A stretch of 64,000 nt of DNA from Amoebidium appalachense. Lineage: Eukaryota > Protista > Ichthyosporea. Below the pieces are notes generated by a model. That model was not told where the DNA came from and did no database searches. It saw nothing but the letters and a program-made list of their open reading frames with translations. This document shows positions 48,426-64,000 of this stretch, one piece after another (positions within the stretch are counted from its first letter, which is position 1; each line of letters begins with the position of its first letter). The DNA is taken from contig CAVNZM010000015.1 in assembly GCA_963693365.1 (NCBI GenBank), forward strand, positions 2,046,001 through 2,110,000, in the 5' to 3' direction. A program made the translations under genes and the position numbers.

Positions 48426-49208
48426 CCCCCCCTCCTTTTGTGTATATCATACATCACCAGACACACGTGTATATACACACACACACTGCACTGCACAGTT
48501 GGTTTCATGCCTGTATGCCTCATATTTGACAATGCATCCCTAGGCCACACACCCTGCATAACGGTGTATGGTATATGTACACACACAGTGCTACACAGCT
48601 GGTTTCGTGCCTGTATGTCTCAGATTTGACAAGGCATCCCTCGGCCTTAAGTGCCCCATCCAGTTCTATTGGTGGATTCAAACCTGCTGCTATGCCGACA
48701 TTCCGGAATTTCCAATCTTTTACAAGTGTAAATCCCAGCACGTGCACTCAGCCTATGCTGCTGGCATAGAACCACCCACCTGCACGTGTTTTAGGGTTCG
48801 TACCGGCCCTGCATGTTTGAAACAACCGTTTTTGCGGTGCACTACACACGTGGCATGCATGACTAAACTTTCTATCCGTTTGACGACGTACCTCAGGTGC
48901 CAAATGAGCTCTATCATCTACAGGGGCAGTGGTCACAGAAGAACTTCCTTTTTTGCTGCGCAAAAAAAAAATATAGGAGCCGCAGAGGCTGGCCTGCCTT
49001 GGGCAGATTACGTAATCGGCCGCCATTTGAAGCAGGCCTTGGGGCACGGCCATCTAGAAACACCACTAGATGGCCGTGGCCTTGGGGGGATGACGTCAGG
49101 CCGAGCACAGCAACCGTGGCAGGTGAAGCGCTGCGCCTTGAAAAAAGTTTTTCTTTTCAAGAATTCACCACATTTATTCCCGGAGTGAAGAAACTTTTAC
49201 CCTCGACC

Positions 49209-50804
<1,596 letters not shown>

Positions 50805-52085
50805 ATATAAGGGGGAGTGCCTGGATGTTCCCTCCCCATGCGTTTTCTTGATATGCGTACACAAGACGTTTAATAGGGTAAAGGCCATGTAAATGGGTAG
50901 CCAATTCATGCTGTTATGCATGCAGGTTTAGCTTAATCTCCGTGTAGGTTGGCAAAAGAAATAGGTGCCAACATGTGATGTTTCAATGTTCGGGCACATT
51001 TGTGGAAGCATGAAGTTAAAGACAATGTCTTTTGTTGTACGGGTAGGCCAAAGCTGCTACCAACAAAAACATGAATTCGGCTCCATCTACGAGCTACATG
51101 GAACGAAGATGCATGATAGGTTTCAGGGGCATTGTAACCTGTTAACCTGTTGTCATTGTTTAGTGTTTTGTTCATAGGTAAGCATAAGAGCAGCAAAACA
51201 CCCTCTTGATGATGCTTAAGGCTTGATAATGATGCAATTTACGCCTTAAATAGCTTTGGAAAGTGCCAGCGTGTGTCGCACGGAGATGCAGGTACTGATC
51301 GTTTTAAACCTTTGCATACTTATTTTGGTATTGCTTTCTGTGGTCCTTTTGATGCCATGCTGAGAAAATAGTAATCATAGGTACAAAGTTTGTGTACTTG
51401 TTCCCCGGCCGATCAAGGCTTACTGCGCTGGAAAACGCATAGGTGGCACTGGGTGATGCTGGTTCCCAGACATGACATTGTTCCTAGCAATAATAAATGA
51501 GTAATGCTTATAAATCTCCATCCCCATCGTTGCACACTGGTAAACGAGCTGTTCATATAATCGTTGTGTTCCATACTTCCCCTGCCCATACGGATGTACG
51601 CGTACGGACACTGATTAATATTGTGTGCGTGTGTTTTCAATTTCAATGCAAGATGAGCTATCAGAAAGTCTATGTCAATGCATCCCACCCCAGGCCTCTC
51701 ATATAGAAGGTCTTGATGCCATCTCTAACCACAGGGTGGGTGGGTGTGTGTGGGGAGGGGAGGGGGGGAGGGGGGGGAGGGGGGGGGGAGGGGGGGCGGA
51801 GGGGGGAGAGGGGGGGGCCGGGAGGGGGGCCGGCCGGCAGGAATGTGCGGTTAGCCGATCCGAAATATTTCTCCTGTAGTTGGTCTGGGGGGTTTACGCT
51901 GTTTACTCGAGGCAAAGAGAACCAGTCTCAGGTATGGGGGGGGGGGGGTTTTGCTCGGAATATCCCCTCAGCGGTATATCATGATCACGTACATAGATGT
52001 CGGGTGGTGACTATATATCAGGGTTTACTTTCTCTACGAGACACCATAAAGACTACAAGGAGAAATCAATTAGTTGGGGTTCCCC

Positions 52086-52154
<69 letters not shown>

Positions 52155-52186
52155 GGGCTCCCCTCGGGACACTCGGTATCAGCTGG

Positions 52187-52237
<51 letters not shown>

Positions 52238-52258
52238 GTGTGTGTGTGTGCGCGTGCG

Positions 52259-55200
52259 CTATAATTTTGTAGTGATGTGTTTCTCAAGCCAATCAATACA
52301 TCTAATAAACAGGTCGTAGTTACGCGTGTTTAGTATAAAATCAAGGATGTTGTAATTTACAGGTAGGCTATCTTTCTGGGTGTCTGTTGTGAATGTGACG
52401 TGTGTGTGTTGCGGTATTATGTGGTCTATCAAACTACATTTGGCGATACATGACCGGTTAAACTGGTGTGTGTGTGTGTTGTTTGGGCATGCAAATGATG
52501 CCACCTTATACTTATTAGATCTCCACTGTATAGCACGTGTACAGTAAAAGCGTGGTAATTGATCAATAATACCATCAGCTAGAGAAAGACCAGTTCTACA
52601 GGAAGGTAATATGTATTTAGGTGTTATACACTTGCGAGTGCCATATTTGGCAATATGGTTGAGGCGGTCAGTATATATAAAACGAGACATAAGGCTTAGT
52701 TTTTCAAGGTGTATGCTTTCATCGGGTCTAGTGTCGTGTGGTATCTTTTTCCATTTGTTATATTGCGTGATTATCTTGTGATTGTGTACATGTTTAATAA
52801 GTAAGTGGCAGTCCAAAGTCACACACACACTATTGCGGGGTTTATTTGTATTTGTGCCCAGGGGAGAAGGGGAGAGAGAGGGGAGGAAAGAGGGGAGAGG
52901 TGAGGAGGGGACAGGTCGGATAGAGAAGAGAGGGTGGGAGGGCAAATACTTCTTTAAGCGGCTTATGTGCTTATTGAATTTCAGCGCGAGATAGGATACT
53001 CTAGCAGCTATTGGGACCAGACCATATATCGAGAGCGTTACAGGCCCAGGTTTACAACAGTTGTTAGATAGAAAGGAGGCAACTTCTGCTTCAAGGAAAT
53101 TTGCCAAGGGTTTAAGCGCTCTAGTTCTCTCTTTCTTGATCCAAGCGGCGAGAAGGGGTAAACCATATTCACATGCCGGGAAGACAAAAGTGCGAATAAA
53201 TGTAAGTCTAATAGAAGGATGGAGGGGTGTGTCTTTAAAAATATTAGCCGAGAAGAAAGCTAACCGCTTACGAGCCAACTCTACCCTCTTTTCGACCATA
53301 TGGGGAAACATAACACCAACAGAATCAACCGGAACACCAAGATATTTGTATTCTGGAACTATAGGTACAGGTTTAGATGATAATGTAAATGTGTGTAAAT
53401 TGTTAGCTATATCAGGTACAAGAACACCACATTTGTCTATGTTAAGGATCATAAGGTTTGCCTTGCACCACTCTGACACTACATCGAACAATCTTTGCAG
53501 GCGTCTAGGGGTACGGGCAAGGAGGGACAGATCATCAGCATAGAGAAGTGCAGGCGGAAAGTTATTAATAGGGTCATCGTTTTCGGCGTAAATCTTGACA
53601 GCCAAATCATCTATAAATAGGTTAAACAAAAAGGGGCTAAGCAATGAACCCTGCAAGAGACCTCTAGTACGAGCAAAACCATATGAAAGATGCCCATTAA
53701 CCACAGCTCTACCATAGGTTTGAGACAAGAGTGCTTCTAACAGAACACCAATGCAGTGTGGTACACCCCGTGCAGCAAGCTTTTCCCATAGGAGACCAGG
53801 GGAGACAGAATCGTAAGCAGTTTTCCAATCAATAAAGCCAACATATTGTGCACCAACTTGCATAGAATCGTGCAGTGCCATTATTTGAACATAACATGAA
53901 TTGTTTTTACGAAAAGCGGATTGGCATGGGTGTATGTGAAGAATAGATTGAAACCTAGGGTGATGTGCAAATAACCTAAGTAAGCAAGCTTCAAAGAATC
54001 TACGAACAACCTGGGTTAGTGTAATGGGGCGAAAGGATGATATGGGGCCCTCAGAGTCCTTCTTAACTATGGGGATCACTAAGGTATCTAACCAAGATGA
54101 CGGGACATGTCCACATTTAACACACCAAGAAAAGAGAGAGCTTAACATGATAGTAAGATCAGGTTTAATAGCACGATCACTTTCCTTTTGTGGGTAGGAG
54201 GGAACAAGGATTTTAAGAAACCCAGCAGGGAGTCCATCAGGTCCACAAGACTTACTAGAGCTATAACTAGATATCACAGACCATATGGCATCGGGACTGA
54301 AAAAGGGGAGGATCGATTCTATGGGGATAGATGGGTCTACAGGCCACACAATAGGTTTCTGAGCGGGGGTCCTATCTTTAAACAGTTCCGAGAAATACTT
54401 ATCAGAGTCTATGAGGGGGTCTCCAGTGGTATCACCAATAATACGAGCAGGGGGGCCAAATCGATTCATACTAGCAAGCCGGCGCAAGCTTTCCTTTTGA
54501 GACAGGGGTTCACCTAGTCTAGCGGGAGTGGTGTTTGGTAACAAGAGAGCATCGGGATATTCCTTCCTACCACCGCCAGCATAATCACCGAGATCTATCA
54601 AATCATCAACAATAAAGTTAGTGCATGTATCTAGTACGAGATGTGAATCTGGCCTGGCTTGTGCAGATTCTAATAGGCGCATATATATAGGGTGTTTCGT
54701 AGCATAGCATACACATACATCAACTCTACCCCACTGTGACTTAAGCTGGGATAGACGGAGGCGAAAGGTGGGAGGGGGAGGGGGGAGCAGATCAAGGGAG
54801 ATCTTAGGTAGGAAAAGGATAGGAGAGTGGTCAGATGACCTAGAGAGGTTAGGAGGGAGAGAGAGTTTTGACATGGTTGATGGCCAAAAGGCCACTCCCC
54901 AGTCGGTGTTGTGGGCATGGGATATTTGAGGGAACCGCAAAGTGTGACTTTGGACATACCTTGCTAAAGGGATAGCACGCTCCGGGGGCTTAGATGGGTA
55001 CCCGACACTCACTTGCAGTGTGTCTGTGTGGTGGAGTCGCGTGTTAAAATCACCTAAAATAACAGTGGACATTGGTAACTGTGACAACTCGTGAGTCAAT
55101 TCGACAACCGACATAGATGGTGGGTAATATACAAAAGTAAAAACATTAGAAAGAAACTCTATAGAAACCGAGAATTCCGTTTTTGCTACCGGTTTGCACT

Positions 55201-55453
55201 TCACTCTCACGTGTGGTGCGGCAAGTACAATAATGCCTCGGTTTTTCGCGTAACCGGGGTGTGTGGATGTGTCGACCAATGTAGAGTTGAATTTGTGGTG
55301 GTTTTTAAACTGTGTTTCGCAAATCACTGTAAACGTGTGGTTGTTTGTCTGTTGTTGTATGTAGCTGATTTTATCGTCGAGTGTCCCGGGGGGGAGGCCC
55401 TTTTGGGGGCCCAGTGTCCGAGCATTCCAGAAGAAGAAGGATAAATTAGGCAT
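52259..55453 (-). CDS. LINE ORF2: AP-endonuclease plus reverse transcriptase, 1064 aa
   Basis: APE motifs WNAR, ICETQ, VYYPP, ILGDFN, SSDHSPI. RT motifs GPDG, FRPITL, QSAF, FIDWKTAYDSV, GLLQGSLLSPFLF, LYADDL, YKYLGV. Cys/His-containing C-terminus. Confidence 0.95.
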   Translation of the reverse strand: MPNLSFFFWNARTLGPQKGLPPGTLDDKISYIQQQTNNHTFTVICETQFKNHHKFNSTLVDTSTHPGYAKNRGIIVLAAPHVRVKCKPVAKTEFSVSIEFLSNVFTFVYYPPSMSVVELTHELSQLPMSTVILGDFNTRLHHTDTLQVSVGYPSKPPERAIPLARYVQSHTLRFPQISHAHNTDWGVAFWPSTMSKLSLPPNLSRSSDHSPILFLPKISLDLLPPPPPTFRLRLSQLKSQWGRVDVCVCYATKHPIYMRLLESAQARPDSHLVLDTCTNFIVDDLIDLGDYAGGGRKEYPDALLLPNTTPARLGEPLSQKESLRRLASMNRFGPPARIIGDTTGDPLIDSDKYFSELFKDRTPAQKPIVWPVDPSIPIESILPFFSPDAIWSVISSYSSSKSCGPDGLPAGFLKILVPSYPQKESDRAIKPDLTIMLSSLFSWCVKCGHVPSSWLDTLVIPIVKKDSEGPISSFRPITLTQVVRRFFEACLLRLFAHHPRFQSILHIHPCQSAFRKNNSCYVQIMALHDSMQVGAQYVGFIDWKTAYDSVSPGLLWEKLAARGVPHCIGVLLEALLSQTYGRAVVNGHLSYGFARTRGLLQGSLLSPFLFNLFIDDLAVKIYAENDDPINNFPPALLYADDLSLLARTPRRLQRLFDVVSEWCKANLMILNIDKCGVLVPDIANNLHTFTLSSKPVPIVPEYKYLGVPVDSVGVMFPHMVEKRVELARKRLAFFSANIFKDTPLHPSIRLTFIRTFVFPACEYGLPLLAAWIKKERTRALKPLANFLEAEVASFLSNNCCKPGPVTLSIYGLVPIAARVSYLALKFNKHISRLKKYLPSHPLFSIRPVPSSPLPSFLPSLSPSPLGTNTNKPRNSVCVTLDCHLLIKHVHNHKIITQYNKWKKIPHDTRPDESIHLEKLSLMSRFIYTDRLNHIAKYGTRKCITPKYILPSCRTGLSLADGIIDQLPRFYCTRAIQWRSNKYKVASFACPNNTHTHQFNRSCIAKCSLIDHIIPQHTHVTFTTDTQKDSLPVNYNILDFILNTRNYDLFIRCIDWLEKHITTKL

Positions 55454-56630
55454 CGGTTTGGTCCGACACCTGTGGGGTTGGTTCCCACTTGTCGCTTACG
55501 GGGTCGTATGCACGACCTTCCGCCAGCGCGAACAGTTCGCAGAAGAGCTCGATTTCCATCTCGCATCGGCGTTTGCGCTCGAGCAGTTTCTCACCAGAAA
55601 ACATTGGTTCCTTCGTGTCCGTGTCTATCACGCTCGTAGCATCGTTTTCCAACTTTGCGAGGAACTCTTTTGCCTTGCTGATGCGTACACGACAACGTGT
55701 GGCGCACGCATTCTTAGCAGACACTTTACGTTCTTTGTCTGCTTTCTGAATGTTTTCCGGCGCGCATGGGTCGTAGTTTGGGAGGTGGGTGAAGAAGCTT
55801 CCACACCCCTTTGTCGCGTCACGGATGAACGCACGGTTATAGTCGCCCCGTACTGCTACTTCCAGCACATCGTATCCAATGAAGGACAGACAAAGGATGC
55901 GAGAGCACCGGAAGCCGAGAGCCTTGAAGATGGACCACATGGCCCTGTGTGGGCGTCTGCCGTGCTTGACTTTGAAATACACCCTCTCGTATTTGGGTGG
56001 GATGTTGATGTTACCGTTTGCTTGGGTGTTCCCCTTAGCCGGCGGTTTGGAAGGGGAGTTGCGGCGGTACTCGTTGCCTGCAAGAATGCTGGCATATGTT
56101 TCCTTGGCAATTTGGCGGAGCTCGGGTGTTTTACGAGAGTTCGCATATTCTAGGAACTCTGCCGGGAGCTGTGCTTCCGGTCCTGTGTTGTTTTGTGTTG
56201 GGGTGGAAATGTCTCCGTCGCGAGATGTTTGCTCATGAGTTTTGGGGTTTTGCGATCCACTAATGTTTAGCTGGGCTGTGAGTGAATCAATGGTGAGCTT
56301 GAGTTGGGTATTTTCTGTTTGGAGTTTTTCTATCATGTTCTTGAGTGGTAACAGCTCATTTAGCTGTTTCTTAACGAGGGCAAGTTCTGCCAGTACTGTA
56401 TCAACCGAAAGTTTCGGCATGGTTGTTATTGTGTTTCTACGGAGTGGTGTGGTGTTATTCTGAATGGGTAGTGTATTGTAAATAGGTGTTGCGCTTAGTC
56501 TAAGGCGATGTTTTTCTGGTTGTGCATCTGTGGTAGGTGTATCTGCTGGACGTTTTAATGGTCGCACATGTGTGATGGGTGTAGATGGAACTTTGAAAGA
56601 GGTTCTGAAACGATTATAGGCATGTGCCAT
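55446..56630 (-). CDS. LINE ORF1 protein, 394 aa
   Basis: Long ORF directly upstream of ORF2 and overlapping it by 8 nt. Coiled-coil-like segment (LAELALVKKQLNEL...LQTENTQLKLTIDSLTAQL). No clear CCHC knuckle. Confidence 0.85.
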   Translation of the reverse strand: MAHAYNRFRTSFKVPSTPITHVRPLKRPADTPTTDAQPEKHRLRLSATPIYNTLPIQNNTTPLRRNTITTMPKLSVDTVLAELALVKKQLNELLPLKNMIEKLQTENTQLKLTIDSLTAQLNISGSQNPKTHEQTSRDGDISTPTQNNTGPEAQLPAEFLEYANSRKTPELRQIAKETYASILAGNEYRRNSPSKPPAKGNTQANGNINIPPKYERVYFKVKHGRRPHRAMWSIFKALGFRCSRILCLSFIGYDVLEVAVRGDYNRAFIRDATKGCGSFFTHLPNYDPCAPENIQKADKERKVSAKNACATRCRVRISKAKEFLAKLENDATSVIDTDTKEPMFSGEKLLERKRRCEMEIELFCELFALAEGRAYDPVSDKWEPTPQVSDQTDA

Positions 56631-57048
56631 GACATGGATGGGGGTGTTCCCCGGCCCTTAGGGCCACGGATGGCCTGGTTTAGGGGTGGATGCGCGAAGG
56701 ATACTATTTATTAGCAGATAATAAAGAGCGACATTTGAATCGATGTGTGCGACTGGCTGTTCGCACAGGTCCGATCTTGCTGGCGGATTTTTTCGTGAGC
56801 CTCTGCCGCTGCTCTTGGTCTGACCAACCGTTATGCGACAGGCTTCAGTTTCGTTTTACATTGTTTGTAGTGCGTGTATTCGAAGAAGGGAGTGGTTAAT
56901 TAATGACTAGCAAAAGCACACACTTACACCGACCATAGTCTATTGCTTCTAAGCGTTTTCGGTGCTCCAGCTACCTTTTACACCACCGAATCATTACGCC
57001 CGCAGTTTTCCAACGTAACACCCTCGTTCAATTTCTTAGATAGTTAGG

Positions 57049-63697
<6,649 letters not shown>

Positions 63698-64000
63698 GTA
63701 TGTTGCCCCCCCCCCCCCCCCCCCCCTCCCCCCCCTCCCCCCCCCTTCCCCTGCACTTCGCACTTTATAGCGCATTCAACCCCCCCCCCAACCCTCTCCC
63801 CCCCCTCCCCCCCTCCCCCCCTCAACCCCCCACCCCGTAAGCCATCTTTTTGTGCTTCCACAATGCCTAGGAAGGTGTAGGCGGTGGTGGTATGTGTGTG
63901 TGCCTGTGTGCCTGTGTGCTTGTGTGCCTGTGTGCTTGTGTACTTGTGCTCATGCGCGGGGGTATATTCTCGGTTTGAAATGCCCATCGGTGTGTGTGTG

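Larger units (their letters stand above)
52087..56645 (-). mobile_element. Full-length non-LTR retrotransposon (LINE) with ORF1, APE-RT ORF2 and poly(A) tail
   Basis: 64-nt T run at 52087-52150 (poly-A on minus), short 3' UTR with (CA)n, two intact intronless ORFs. Candidate 8-bp TSD gttccccg at 52079-52086 and 56646-56653. The 5' boundary is tentative. Confidence 0.92.

Noticed and set aside
48568-49188. 206-aa ORF upstream of the GST
   Set aside because: No domain-like motifs; it begins in a ~100-bp tandem duplication and overlaps the probable GST promoter/UTR.
52782-56463. Plus-strand ORFs inside the LINE
   Set aside because: Antisense shadows of ORF1/ORF2 with no recognisable motifs.
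56631-56700. HDV-like ribozyme at the LINE 5' end
   Set aside because: Small hairpins are present, but I could not build the P1-P4 double pseudoknot by eye; it needs a covariance-model search.

Overview
Intron-rich eukaryotic genomic DNA. The introns are packed with poly-C/poly-G runs and (CA)n/(GT)n microsatellites, which produce most of the ORF track as artefacts. The gene content looks opisthokont-like; I cannot name the organism from sequence alone. Genes spliced by hand, left to right: (1) a damaged 3' fragment of a secreted S41-family serine peptidase (1-1167, +); (2) an intact 9-exon tandem copy of it (4714-11074, +); (3) RRP9/U3-55K (13601-26907, +); (4) elongator tRNA-Met(CAT) (28031-28103, -); (5) WDR26/GID7 (about 44051-29321, -, start unresolved); (6) a ZMYND19-like gene with an HNH-like motif (about 47234-48165, +); (7) a glutathione S-transferase of the SSWSLR/EMHxGF type (49209-50804, +); (8) a young, intact two-ORF LINE (about 52087-56645, -); (9) the 5' part of SEC12/PREB (57049 to window end, +). 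Also present: a foldback element, TTAA-flanked MITEs, other hairpin MITEs, minisatellites and two dispersed intronic repeat families. Most striking observations: the LINE's last ~35 nt before poly(A) are the reverse complement of a segment just inside ORF2, a possible long-range RNA pairing; the two intronic repeat families share a head, are always sense to the host gene and end in a branch-point-like motif plus poly-C; and many acceptors sit directly on (CA)n, often with complementary (GT)n/G runs at the donor end.
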